Below the pieces are notes generated by a model. The model did no database searches and was not told where the DNA came from. It worked only from the letters and a program-made list of their open reading frames with translations. A DNA stretch of 64,000 nt from a virus, in the IMG/VR virus record IMGVR_UViG_3300034279_000305, positions 1 to 64,000 of that record. The stretch is one strand, 5' to 3'. The first letter of the stretch is position 1; the number at the start of each line of letters is the position of its first letter. This document shows positions 44,020-53,766 of the stretch, in pieces. Position numbers and translations under genes: made by a program.

Positions 44020-44369
44020 GTTTCATCATTCCCATCATTTAATTTTGTATCAAGTGCATTACGAATATCAGTTAGTAGATACGTTTCAGGCGTATCAATC
44101 CCACGTTGACGCAAGAACATCCCATATACCAGAACAGAAATTACTGCTGCATCAGCATAGAAACTATCGTGTTTTGTAATGCCAAACTTCTCAGTGCAAA
44201 CCTTGGTGATTCCTGCCATGACTGATCGACCTGCACGTTCGGCGTCTTGATACGAGTTGTAGTCATCAATACCTTCGAGGAAGTATGTAAGAGATTCCTT
44301 ATCTGGATTTGTATCTTCGAACTTCTTCTTAGGATTAAGAAAAGTCACGTTATCATTATCGCTCATCAA
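44016..44369 (-). CDS. Hypothetical protein
   Basis: Translationally coupled ORF. Confidence 0.6.
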   Translation of the reverse strand: MMSDNDNVTFLNPKKKFEDTNPDKESLTYFLEGIDDYNSYQDAERAGRSVMAGITKVCTEKFGITKHDSFYADAAVISVLVYGMFLRQRGIDTPETYLLTDIRNALDTKLNDGNDET

Positions 44370-45487
44370 AACACTTTCAAAATTAATGTAGTCGGAGTCA
44401 GTCGCGCACGAACAGGTGCAGGCTTACTCTTAACGGCTGAGTACCATTTAGTCAAGTCTTTTTTCGCCAGTTCAGCAAATTCTTTTACTTGAGTCTCTGG
44501 TTTACGTAGCAACCGTGAGTTAGAGAAGTTCTCATCAAATCCTACAAGACTTGCACCCTTGACAGTAATGCTACCACTGACTGGGTTATAGTACTTGGAG
44601 ATCTTTCGAGTCTTGGTGTCGAAAGTCCACACTTCACTACAGTTTAGCAGATTGATAGGTTCGACACTGGCGATACCAAGTGCAGTATCTTCCTTGAGGA
44701 ACTTTAGGTTCTGGACCAATTTGGTCTTATCCTTTGGTTTCTTCTTACGAACCTTAGCAACCTGCTTGCTGACATGCGACTTTTTAAGATCGTTGACATA
44801 GGATTCGAGCAACTTGACGATATCCTTGACAATCTTCATACCAGACAGATGTTCGTAACTCTCGAGCAACTGCGATTGCATGTCAGTCAGTTTTGCCTTG
44901 GGTATACGACGAACTTCTACCAATTCAGCAAACTCGGCGAGGATAGGTTGAATCTTTTCGACGCACTCAAGGTAATGTCTGTCTGCCATACGATATGGCA
45001 TAAGAATTTGTGCTATATTCTTTACATCTTCGCCAATGACCAGATTCTCGATCTCGTCATTAACATCAGATACAATGAAGTGACCTGCAATCAACGGTTT
45101 CTTTGCAACCTTGACTACAGGTTCTGGAGAGGTGTCATCCTCTTCGAGTTTGGTACGCTTATTGAAAGTTTCCTCGACCTTCTCCCAGATACGAGAGGTA
45201 TCTCTGTCGTTAAGAGGGAACCCACGCATAGCGATACGAGCTGAATTAGCATAGGTGCGTGGAAGCAACTTGTCAGGAATCTTACTGAGAGTTTTCAGTT
45301 TATCCCTATCACCCTTGAACCAGTCGCTCAAGAATGCACGACAATCCTTAGCATCCACGATGTAATTATACCAAGAGAGAGCATTACCAAACTCTGCCTG
45401 ATAGTTTACAGGTTCGTAGTCGGCAACCCAAATGGGTTCGACACCAACGAATTTCGATTCAGCAATAGGGACTTTCAACTTATGCAT
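44366..45487 (-). CDS. Conserved T4-like hypothetical protein
   Basis: ALSWYNY; C-terminal WTFDTKTRK..VKGASL..LRKPE..LILKVF. Confidence 0.7.
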   Translation of the reverse strand: MHKLKVPIAESKFVGVEPIWVADYEPVNYQAEFGNALSWYNYIVDAKDCRAFLSDWFKGDRDKLKTLSKIPDKLLPRTYANSARIAMRGFPLNDRDTSRIWEKVEETFNKRTKLEEDDTSPEPVVKVAKKPLIAGHFIVSDVNDEIENLVIGEDVKNIAQILMPYRMADRHYLECVEKIQPILAEFAELVEVRRIPKAKLTDMQSQLLESYEHLSGMKIVKDIVKLLESYVNDLKKSHVSKQVAKVRKKKPKDKTKLVQNLKFLKEDTALGIASVEPINLLNCSEVWTFDTKTRKISKYYNPVSGSITVKGASLVGFDENFSNSRLLRKPETQVKEFAELAKKDLTKWYSAVKSKPAPVRARLTPTTLILKVF

Positions 45488-45515
45488 GGGTTCACCTCAT
45501 CAAATTTATAGATTA

Positions 45516-45544
45516 CTTATACCGCATTTCTGCAGAAAAGTCAA
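45516..45544 (-). promoter_or_regulatory. Promoter
   Basis: TTGACT-17 bp-TATAAG. Confidence 0.6.
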
Positions 45545-45798
45545 GCCATAAATTTGACATTTGTGATAGTATCATATCTGAAAGAGCGCCAAGCAGACTT
45601 TTCAGTATCCCAGACAGGTAGAACATCAGGGTTTACCACCTTACTTTCAGCAGGAGTTGTTTTCTTCTCGGGCACTACGCTTTCCTGCAGAGTACATTTG
45701 ATGACTCGAACATCACCATTAAGTTTTGTGAACGTCACTTCGGCGTTCATCTTCTTAAGATTCTTTACGAGCATTTCACGGTCAATTTCCATAATCAC
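45541..45798 (-). CDS. SH3/Sm-like (DUF2693/WYL_2) protein
   Basis: VTFTKLNGDVRVIKCTL...VWDTEKSAWRSFR. Confidence 0.75.
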   Translation of the reverse strand: MIMEIDREMLVKNLKKMNAEVTFTKLNGDVRVIKCTLQESVVPEKKTTPAESKVVNPDVLPVWDTEKSAWRSFRYDTITNVKFMA

Positions 45799-46793
45799 AT
45801 TTTCCTTACATTATTTTCGTCTATAATAATTTTACCATCTCTCCAAGATTTTCTGGGAGGATCTGGTGCGGGTATATCGTGGGTTGATAGATTATTTTTT
45901 TCCATAGCGAAGAAATCAGTGGGGTTTTCTACTACCACCTCAATTTTCTTCTTTGGTTTATGCTTCTTAACAACCTTCTTCGGTGCCACTGTTGGTGGAG
46001 TTGGATCAACCTCATCAACAGCGACAAAGTCTACTATACCCGCTTCTTCCTTTTTAGTCAAGCTTAAAATTGAAATATTTGCTGCAATAACCAAAAGAAT
46101 TGCCAGAGGGTCGAATACGAAGATAAGAACAATAATCATCAAGCGCACTGCTTTGTCGATAGTAGCAGTATCGCCACTACCGTAGAACAGTTCTGCGATA
46201 TATTTTATCGGACCTACTTCTGCTTCGAGTTTGAGATTTTCTGTTTTGAGCGGTATGAGATCAGTCTCAATAGTCTCAATGTCTGCAGTCGCACTCTCAA
46301 TTTCTTTATTGAGAGACGCACGTTCCCGTTTCTGTCTGTTTCGAATGAAATTAGCATCGAGCACATCCTCTGCAGTAGTGAGTCTGTCCAAAGTATCCAA
46401 AGATGTTTGCGCATTTTTGAGTCTCCTTTCTGCAGATGTTTTCTTGCTCTCGAGTTGTTCTATCTTAATTTGCGTGGAACCGCCAACAGTGCTATGTTCG
46501 ATGTGCGCTCCACTTAGATAACCGAATACGCCAATACTTGTGATAAATGATAATACCACAATCGCGATTGTGAAATATGTTTTCAACAGTTTGTTTGCGG
46601 TTTTCCAATTCCTATACACCCAACTCGCAGTAACGAGTTTAGCAAATTCTAAAGATCCACCCATCGCTGCAACAGCAATAGGGGATGCGGGGAAAATCGC
46701 CATCAAACCTAATATCGAAAAGTAACCAGCAACTGATGTAATCGCCAGCGCTGCCAACATTAATAGTGCTATGAATAGCATCCAGGTCTCCAA
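45795..46793 (-). CDS. Membrane protein with a coiled coil
   Basis: Three N-terminal TMs, coiled coil, EVGPIKYIAE, TM with VFDPLA. Confidence 0.7.
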   Translation of the reverse strand: METWMLFIALLMLAALAITSVAGYFSILGLMAIFPASPIAVAAMGGSLEFAKLVTASWVYRNWKTANKLLKTYFTIAIVVLSFITSIGVFGYLSGAHIEHSTVGGSTQIKIEQLESKKTSAERRLKNAQTSLDTLDRLTTAEDVLDANFIRNRQKRERASLNKEIESATADIETIETDLIPLKTENLKLEAEVGPIKYIAELFYGSGDTATIDKAVRLMIIVLIFVFDPLAILLVIAANISILSLTKKEEAGIVDFVAVDEVDPTPPTVAPKKVVKKHKPKKKIEVVVENPTDFFAMEKNNLSTHDIPAPDPPRKSWRDGKIIIDENNVRKM

Positions 46794-47116
46794 TCAGGTA
46801 ATTTTAATTCTTTCAAGTGATCAAGTCTCAGACGCACATTCCACATTTGATTGATGCATCTGTCGTCGAGTCTATGCTCCCATTGCAGGATATGTTCAAC
46901 TGCTTTGGCATGCGATTTGCTGTCGTATTCAGCGACAACTTCCTTGCGCATTTCGCCTTCATAGTTAGTCACATAAGAGGAACTTCCGAAGTATGTTTCG
47001 AAAAGTTTCTCTGTCTTACATGAATACCCAATATAAAATTTGCCGTCGTCGAAGTAAGTGCAATATACTCTATGCACCTTCTTCGGCAACGGCTTACGTT
47101 TTTTTCTAATTACCAT
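46769..47116 (-). CDS. Stand-alone GIY-YIG-like protein
   Basis: RVYCTYFDDGKFYIGYS...YFGSS. Confidence 0.6.
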   Translation of the reverse strand: MVIRKKRKPLPKKVHRVYCTYFDDGKFYIGYSCKTEKLFETYFGSSSYVTNYEGEMRKEVVAEYDSKSHAKAVEHILQWEHRLDDRCINQMWNVRLRLDHLKELKLPDWRPGCYS

Positions 47117-47139
47117 AATCTACTCCGTAAGTAGACTAT

Positions 47140-47298
47140 TTATTCGCTTTCTTGATCGGAATCGAAATCATATTCTTCTTGATCGATCCCTTCGCCGCAG
47201 AAAGGACAGTACAACACTCTATAATATTTACCGTCCATATCATGCTCTACAGAGAATAGAGCATTACAACTAGAACATTCGTGCTCCTCGTCAAGCAT
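47140..47298 (-). CDS. Small zinc-ribbon protein (52 aa)
   Basis: Hand translation MLDEEHECSSCNA...YCPFCGE...ESE*. Confidence 0.7.
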   Translation of the reverse strand: MLDEEHECSSCNALFSVEHDMDGKYYRVLYCPFCGEGIDQEEYDFDSDQESE

Positions 47299-47303
47299 GT
47301 AAA

Positions 47304-47606
47304 TTACACATCAGTAATAGTTGTAGTAGATATAATACCAACGGAATTATGATATTCGTCCATTGCACCACCTAGATTACCCGAGGCAACAAATGCTTCA
47401 AACTCTTCAGCGACTGCATCATCTGTGAACGTATATTCTAATACCTGGACATACATATCATTCAGGATATCGAAATGAAATGTAACAGTATCTCTATTAT
47501 TTTCTAACCATTCATCCAATAAAGAATTCTGCGGGGGATTGGTCTGAAAATACCACAAAGTTTGATGTGACGGTCTAGTATTTGTAATAGTAAGTTTCTT
47601 CGCCAT
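47304..47606 (-). CDS. Hypothetical protein
   Basis: AAGGA RBS before MAKKLTITNTRP. Confidence 0.6.
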   Translation of the reverse strand: MAKKLTITNTRPSHQTLWYFQTNPPQNSLLDEWLENNRDTVTFHFDILNDMYVQVLEYTFTDDAVAEEFEAFVASGNLGGAMDEYHNSVGIISTTTITDV

Positions 47607-47629
47607 GATAGTTTCCTTCTCGTTTAAAT

Positions 47630-48604
47630 TTATGCTGCCACACCCCAAACATCATCCCACTTGCCTGATAGTGCACCCTTGGCATAGTCGGTAGCACGAT
47701 TTTCAAAGAAGTTGGTGTGTGTTGGTGCGTTGATCATTTCCTCGACCCAAGGCAGAGGATTTTTCTTAATCTTAAAGATACCCTTGAGACCGAGACTAAT
47801 TAGTCGACGGTCACAAATATAACGGATATACTTCTTTACATCTGCAGATGTGAGATCTTGCATCTCACCCATCTCGAATGAAAGATCAATAAACTTATCT
47901 TCCAGTTCTACCATTTTCTCGGCGATGGTATAGATACTGGACTTCAATTCATCGTTCCAGAGTTCGCGATTTTCCTCGACATAAGTGCGGAACAACTTGA
48001 TCATCGACTCAGCATGCATCGTCTCATCAACGATTGACCAAGTAACAATCTGTCCCATTCCCTTCATCTTTCCGTGACGAGGGAAGTTGAGGAGCATAAT
48101 GAAGGATGAGAACAGTTGCATACCCTCAGTGAATGCACTAAATGCAGCGATATTGGTCGCGACCGATTCAGGTGTTCCATTTGCATTCGACAAATCCGTA
48201 AAGTAGTCGTGCTTTGCTCGCATTGAGTCGTATTCAAGGAATTCTTGATATGTCGTTTCTGGCATACCCAGAGTTTCAATAAGGTGAGAATACGCTGCAA
48301 CATGTAGTGCCTCCCTTGCCGCAAATCCCATCAACATCATACGAATTTCAGGTTGAGGGAAATACGGTAGATAGTTCTTCACATAACCGCCAGCAACATC
48401 GATGTCACCCTGTGTGAAGAAGCGGAAAATGTTAGTCAGAAAGTGTTTTTCACCATCGGTAAGACGCTTCTTCCAGTCTTGCACGTCTTCGACCATTGGC
48501 ACCTCAGTATGCAACCAATGTGACTGCTCATGCTTTAACCAAGCATCATACGCCCAAGGATAGTTGAACGGTTTGAAATACGATCTTTCACTCATTAATG
48601 TCAT
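47630..48604 (-). CDS. nrdB: Ribonucleotide reductase class I beta subunit
   Basis: FFTQGDIDV, REALHVAAYS, EGMQLFSSF, DETMHAE, NFFENRATDY. Confidence 0.96.
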   Translation of the reverse strand: MTLMSERSYFKPFNYPWAYDAWLKHEQSHWLHTEVPMVEDVQDWKKRLTDGEKHFLTNIFRFFTQGDIDVAGGYVKNYLPYFPQPEIRMMLMGFAAREALHVAAYSHLIETLGMPETTYQEFLEYDSMRAKHDYFTDLSNANGTPESVATNIAAFSAFTEGMQLFSSFIMLLNFPRHGKMKGMGQIVTWSIVDETMHAESMIKLFRTYVEENRELWNDELKSSIYTIAEKMVELEDKFIDLSFEMGEMQDLTSADVKKYIRYICDRRLISLGLKGIFKIKKNPLPWVEEMINAPTHTNFFENRATDYAKGALSGKWDDVWGVAA

Positions 48605-48759
48605 GGACGACCCTGACCCCTATACTTTTTGAAGTTTTGCTTTTTATTTTTATTCATTGTGCTGGTTTTAATCTTCCCATTACCAATCGAAGTACCTCTC
48701 TTATGAGTTTCGTTGATGCTGTTTTTCGTTGTCCCAGTAGACTTGCTGCCTTTTGCCAT
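48601..48759 (-). CDS. Small basic protein (52 aa)
   Basis: Hand translation MAKGSKS...KKYRGQGRP*; overlaps both neighbours. Confidence 0.6.
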   Translation of the reverse strand: MAKGSKSTGTTKNSINETHKRGTSIGNGKIKTSTMNKNKKQNFKKYRGQGRP

Positions 48760-48995
48760 TAATTATTCTCCGCCCATTTGATTAAACCATCATAACCACC
48801 GACGTGATGTCCATTAATCCAAATTTGCGGAACAGTTGTCACCCCAGGAACTGCGGCAACTACATCTTCCCATAATACATCTTCACCCACCACACTTTCA
48901 ATATACTGAATTTCCATACCAGTCATGAATTCCTTTGCCAATACGCAATAGGGGCAATCAGGTTTGGTATAAATCTCTGCAAAAAATTGTGTCAT
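48759..48995 (-). CDS. Glutaredoxin
   Basis: CPYC, TVPQIW, VGGYD. Confidence 0.93.
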   Translation of the reverse strand: MTQFFAEIYTKPDCPYCVLAKEFMTGMEIQYIESVVGEDVLWEDVVAAVPGVTTVPQIWINGHHVGGYDGLIKWAENN

Positions 48996-48998
48996 TTC

Positions 48999-50801
48999 TT
49001 ATCCTTCGCATGCAACACAGGTGTCACCTTCGATCATTGCTTTGAAGTCGAGTTCTTTAATTACTTCTCGTTCAATACGCTTTGATACCTTATCTGCCTT
49101 ACCAATCTTCTCGGAACGGCAATAGTATAGAGTCTTCAAACCTTGCTTCCATGCAAGATAATGGACTGCATGAATATATTTGATATTTGCATCAGGACGG
49201 AAGAATAGATTGAGGGACTGTGCCTGATCAATAAACTTCTGTCTGTCTGCTGCATGTTCAATAACCCAACGCTGATCGATTTCCATCGAGGTTTTGTAGA
49301 CACTCTTAGTAATATCGTCCATCCATGTAAGGTGCTGCACCGAACCATCGTTGGCGATAATCGAGGACCAAACCTCGTCATACCAACCAGCAGGTCTGCC
49401 GAATGCCGCTTCTTCTAGAATAATCGCGTCAAGATATTTATTCTTATTCAAAAATGAACCCGATAGTGTATCTTGACGATATGCATTTGCTCGCCATGGT
49501 TCAATCGACGGACTAGTATTACCCATGATGATTGACGACGATGCGTTTGGAGCAATTGCCTGCATATGTGAGAAACGACGACCAGTGCCAGCAGCATCAG
49601 GTGCTTCGCCACGCTCTGTTCCAAGTTCTAGATTCGCAGTATCTAGACGATTCTTGATTAGTTTGAACATTCGCATGTTCGTTCCCTTAGCGACTGCCGA
49701 CTCCCACGCAATACCCTTGCGCTGAAGATAAGCATGGAAACCTAGTGCACCGATACCAATAGAACGTTCGCGCTTTGCTGAATAGATCGCACGAGCAACC
49801 TGCTTCGGAGCATTGTCAATAAAGTATTGTAACACGTTATCTAGCATTTCCGCCATGTCCTTGAGGAACAACGGATCTTTCGACCATGCATCATAGTATT
49901 CTAGATTAACGGACGAGAGGCAGCAAACCGCAGTACGCTTCCTATCCGTTGGAAGAATGATTTCTGAACAGAGATTTGACTGATGAATCTTTAGACCAAG
50001 ATCCTTCTGGAACTGCGGCATTGCACGATTAGACGTATCAATAAAGTGTAGGTATGGTTCACCTGTCATCATACGAAGTTCGAGAATCTTCTGCCAAAGT
50101 TCCTTCGCTGAAACTGTGTCGCGGATTTCACCCGATTTCGGATCGGTAAGGTTCCAACTGTCGTCGGCATCCTTGTCCGTCATACAACGCTCAACGATTT
50201 CCATAAACGCATCCGAGATGTTGATCCCATGGTGCAGGTTCAGTGCACGCATGTTGGGATCACCCGTCGGTTTGCGCATCTCTAGAAATAACCCAACATC
50301 AGGGTGAGAAATATCCAGATAAGCAGCATAAGAACCACGACGAGTGCGACCTTGACGGTAAGCCATACTAGAAGCATCATAAGTGCGAAGGTGAGGCATA
50401 ACGCCAGTAGACTTATCATCTGCGGCGCGAATGCCAAAACCAATACCAACGCCGCCACCAAGCATAGACAACCAGTTAGTTTCTGAAAGATTTTCAACTA
50501 GACCCTCCGCAGTATCGTCAATGAAGTTTAGAAAACATGAGATTGGCATACCACGCTTCGACCGACCAAACGAGAGGATCGGAGTGGCATATGACAACCA
50601 GTGCTTTGACGCATATTCGTATAGACGCTGCGCATGTTCAGGATTAGAACCGAACGTCTTTGAAACAAAAGCGAACCGATGTTGTGGAGACGTTTCGTCG
50701 TCCTTCATATATGATTCTTGAAGTCGCTGAATACCTAGTTTGTCAAACAGGGAGTCCCGTGATAGGTCAATTTCAATATCCAGATAATTCTCTCTTGCCA
50801 T
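48999..50801 (-). CDS. nrdA: Ribonucleotide reductase class I alpha subunit (no ATP cone)
   Basis: PISCF, QGRTRRGSYA, SNLCSEI, IAPNASSS, C-terminal CVACEG. Confidence 0.96.
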   Translation of the reverse strand: MARENYLDIEIDLSRDSLFDKLGIQRLQESYMKDDETSPQHRFAFVSKTFGSNPEHAQRLYEYASKHWLSYATPILSFGRSKRGMPISCFLNFIDDTAEGLVENLSETNWLSMLGGGVGIGFGIRAADDKSTGVMPHLRTYDASSMAYRQGRTRRGSYAAYLDISHPDVGLFLEMRKPTGDPNMRALNLHHGINISDAFMEIVERCMTDKDADDSWNLTDPKSGEIRDTVSAKELWQKILELRMMTGEPYLHFIDTSNRAMPQFQKDLGLKIHQSNLCSEIILPTDRKRTAVCCLSSVNLEYYDAWSKDPLFLKDMAEMLDNVLQYFIDNAPKQVARAIYSAKRERSIGIGALGFHAYLQRKGIAWESAVAKGTNMRMFKLIKNRLDTANLELGTERGEAPDAAGTGRRFSHMQAIAPNASSSIIMGNTSPSIEPWRANAYRQDTLSGSFLNKNKYLDAIILEEAAFGRPAGWYDEVWSSIIANDGSVQHLTWMDDITKSVYKTSMEIDQRWVIEHAADRQKFIDQAQSLNLFFRPDANIKYIHAVHYLAWKQGLKTLYYCRSEKIGKADKVSKRIEREVIKELDFKAMIEGDTCVACEG

Positions 50802-51344
50802 TTATAGTCCCTGTTCCTTCAACACTTTTTCGATGTCTGGTTTGAAATATGATTCTGGTTTCAGAATCTTACCATCCTCGCGCTTTTTAATCTTACCATT
50901 ATCAGAAACCTTGCTCATGTTAGAAGCACGCACTTCTTTCCACACTTCTTCAAAGTTGATACCAAGAGTTGCAAACAATCCTTGAACAACCCAGACTAGA
51001 TCGGCACCACCGTCAGCAATGTCTCCAATATGACGACGAAGAAACCCATCGCAAAGTTCGCGGTATTCTTCATCGATTAGATTAATATATAGGCTTGCTT
51101 GCGCCATATTATCATCATTTAGATGAGGTTTTACACCAACATATTGATCCGCTGCGGACATAAATTCAGTAACGTCTTCTTGATAATTCATAGTATTTTC
51201 TTTCATTAGTGTAAAACTTCCATCTTCATTGGCAACCCACGTGATAGTATCACCTTCTTTCCATTGCAGTTTTTCGAAACCTTCCCAAACAATATAGTGC
51301 TCGTCTGCGAAAGGATCGTATTCAACTTTAATAGTATCACTCAT
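50802..51344 (-). CDS. MazG-like NTP pyrophosphohydrolase with an AbrB-like N-terminus
   Basis: LIDEEYREL, ADGGADL, EVRASNMSK, REDGKILKP; N-terminal LQWKEGDTITW. Confidence 0.8.
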   Translation of the reverse strand: MSDTIKVEYDPFADEHYIVWEGFEKLQWKEGDTITWVANEDGSFTLMKENTMNYQEDVTEFMSAADQYVGVKPHLNDDNMAQASLYINLIDEEYRELCDGFLRRHIGDIADGGADLVWVVQGLFATLGINFEEVWKEVRASNMSKVSDNGKIKKREDGKILKPESYFKPDIEKVLKEQGL

Positions 51345-52057
51345 TTGCGCACCTCTTCAAGAATGTGATATTTAGGTTCCCATCCGAGTCTGCGCATTTC
51401 ATCGATATTGGCATGAGTGACTTCTCTCTCACCAACAACATCTTTGAAAGGAACATCTCGGTATCCATAGGTATCCAAAACTTCACTGACAGAGATCGGT
51501 TCATCCGACCCAATATCTACTATACCCGAATAATTCGGATTAGTCAATAGAATTTCAATCGCAGAGCAAATATCTTCAACATGCGTCCAGTCTCGAAGAT
51601 GTTCTGTTTTATATTCGATTTTATTATTAAGCATCATATCATAGAACATATCAGGGCGACTGTCTGGACCATAAACTGTATGGAATCTCATACCAATTGA
51701 GGTATATGGCGCAAGTTCTTCCATCGCCTTTTTGCTGGTAGCATATGGATTTTTCCACCACTCATAAATTGAGGAGGAAGATGCATAGATTACCTTTACC
51801 CGATTAATCTCTGCCCATCTAAAGATGCGATTCGATGCAGTCACATTAGTTTCCCAATAACCTTCTGGATCGTCCCAACTTTTGCGAACACCAGCGAGTG
51901 CTGCTAGGTGTAGAACAACATCTGGGTTCCCGTAAGACTCTGTCATCTTCCATTCACGAATATCTCCCTCGTATGGAATTACAGTGTGATTCTTAGAAAG
52001 AATACGAAGCGCATTCCTACCGATAAACCCTTCATGTCCAGTTAGTAGAATTCTCAC
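51341..52057 (-). CDS. NAD-dependent nucleotide-sugar epimerase/dehydratase
   Basis: TGHEGFIG, HLAALAGV, YATSK, RFHTVYG. Confidence 0.9.
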   Translation of the reverse strand: MRILLTGHEGFIGRNALRILSKNHTVIPYEGDIREWKMTESYGNPDVVLHLAALAGVRKSWDDPEGYWETNVTASNRIFRWAEINRVKVIYASSSSIYEWWKNPYATSKKAMEELAPYTSIGMRFHTVYGPDSRPDMFYDMMLNNKIEYKTEHLRDWTHVEDICSAIEILLTNPNYSGIVDIGSDEPISVSEVLDTYGYRDVPFKDVVGEREVTHANIDEMRRLGWEPKYHILEEVRK

Positions 52058-52752
52058 GGGAGTTTTCTTTCAAACTCTGCTTGTGCTGCCATGCTATCTA
52101 GAGCTGCCTTGACATCAGGGAAGTGATGGGCAATTATATCCCAGCACTGCACTGCAACGATACGGTGTTCCTTTTGAGTCGCCTTATCCATGCGCAACTG
52201 ACAGTAGTGAACCCATGACCGAAGCGAACCTGCCATGATGATAGTTGATTCTGTTAGACCTTCAGGGAGAACAGCACGTGCCTGTTCCTTGGCGATACCA
52301 TTTTCAATTGCCCACTCATAAGCATCTACCGCAGCATGAGTTAAGGTTCGTTGTTTCAAATCCCACTCTCCAGCAAGTTCGCTATCTTCAACTTCTACTG
52401 AGTTCTGTCTGTTCTTGGCATCCTGCAGACGTGCTTCCCGTACAACAAATCCCAGATCCTTGGTTGGATCGGCGTAACGCTGACTGTACTCTTGGAATCT
52501 GAAAGAACTATGCCGCAAAATCTGGCGGGCAATATCTCGTGTTGTTTTAATTTCCATTGCGACATGGACCATCTCCAGTGGTGACCAGTGTTGGTTCTTA
52601 ATAAGATACTGAACCAGTTTAGGTGCTGTTGCGGTGTTGTTTTGGTTTGACGGATTAGATACTCTTGCTGCCCATGCAACAAGTTCATTAGCAGTATTAC
52701 ATTCTGTGTAGGCAGAAGGTTTCGACAGACTTACTAGGTTTACTTCACTCAT
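52054..52752 (-). CDS. thyX: FAD-dependent thymidylate synthase
   Basis: HWSPLE, RQILRHSSFRFQEYSQRY, AKEQARAVLP, LRMDKATQKEHR. Confidence 0.95.
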   Translation of the reverse strand: MSEVNLVSLSKPSAYTECNTANELVAWAARVSNPSNQNNTATAPKLVQYLIKNQHWSPLEMVHVAMEIKTTRDIARQILRHSSFRFQEYSQRYADPTKDLGFVVREARLQDAKNRQNSVEVEDSELAGEWDLKQRTLTHAAVDAYEWAIENGIAKEQARAVLPEGLTESTIIMAGSLRSWVHYCQLRMDKATQKEHRIVAVQCWDIIAHHFPDVKAALDSMAAQAEFERKLP

Positions 52753-52946
52753 TAAATGTTTTCCAATGCTTCCAACTTGTCTTTGTATTCAGCGATATGA
52801 CCAAGTTCTAGTTCAATCGCACCCATGAAGTCAGTATGCTCATGAATTGCCATTGGGTTATTCATCATAACACGCACGTTCATTGCATGCTTTTCAATGT
52901 GTGCTTGAAAATGCTTCCGAAGCACATGTTTAATATCATCTTTCAT
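52752..52946 (-). CDS. Conserved phage hypothetical protein
   Basis: IEKHAMNV...NPMAIHEH...ELGHIAEYKDKL. Confidence 0.65.
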   Translation of the reverse strand: MKDDIKHVLRKHFQAHIEKHAMNVRVMMNNPMAIHEHTDFMGAIELELGHIAEYKDKLEALENI

Positions 52947-53488
52947 TCAACTCTCCATGATTTTGTATTCAGTTTAATATTAGTCGGCCAATCACCCTCG
53001 GTAAATGACTTGTCGTGGAACCGTAGTTCATTTGTTGGCATGATACACAGTCTGCCATTGTCTAGTTCTATAAACATAAACTCCTTAGACTGCGATGGAT
53101 GCATACTGTAACCATCGTTCATCGGAATGGCAGTAAACAGATAGCGACCAAACTCTCCAGTGCTCCGTATCTCTGCTCGCTGGGTGTTTAGATAATCATA
53201 ACTGACAACTGAGAATTGATCACCATAACAATCCCATACCTGTGTATCATCAAGTCTCCAAAATGGTTCTGGTTCTACAGAAAATGCCAGAGCATGCGGA
53301 GGAACGCCACGGTAGACTGCACCACATTCCAACATCACATGGCAACCCCATGAATGTCCAGGTTTTGAATGTAATGCAAACCAAACGCAGGGTTCAAAGA
53401 TATAAGGTTCTACATCTTTACGAATGAATGATGATTGCACCCAGCAGTAAATATGATTTGGGATGTTTCCCGATCCAGTATAAAGCAT
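52943..53488 (-). CDS. Conserved phage hypothetical protein
   Basis: HVMLECGAVYRGVP...QVWDCY...YLFT...LDNG. Confidence 0.65.
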   Translation of the reverse strand: MLYTGSGNIPNHIYCWVQSSFIRKDVEPYIFEPCVWFALHSKPGHSWGCHVMLECGAVYRGVPPHALAFSVEPEPFWRLDDTQVWDCYGDQFSVVSYDYLNTQRAEIRSTGEFGRYLFTAIPMNDGYSMHPSQSKEFMFIELDNGRLCIMPTNELRFHDKSFTEGDWPTNIKLNTKSWRVE

Positions 53489-53766
53489 TACTCGACTTCA
53501 AATTCTTTGACAGTCTGGAACTGTGCCTTGCTTACGAAACCAATGCCCAATAGATGGTCTACACGGTCAGTTGCATCGGCATAATTTGCATACCTGCCAT
53601 CATCGAACCACCACCATCGGTCGAGACCAAGAAACCAGCGAGGTTCGCGTCGGTATTCGACCAACCACATATCGTCTGTTCGATGAATACGCAACTTTGT
53701 AATTCTGGTATGACGGATTTCTACGCCATATTCATTAGCGACCAATTCGCTCATACTTTCCTCCAC
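53488..53766 (-). CDS. Hypothetical protein
   Basis: Overlapping ORF in the run. Confidence 0.55.
   Translation of the reverse strand: MEESMSELVANEYGVEIRHTRITKLRIHRTDDMWLVEYRREPRWFLGLDRWWWFDDGRYANYADATDRVDHLLGIGFVSKAQFQTVKEFEVE

Noticed and set aside
47630-52752. Introns or inteins in nrdA, nrdB or thyX
   Set aside because: All three are uninterrupted, of normal length and have continuous motifs.
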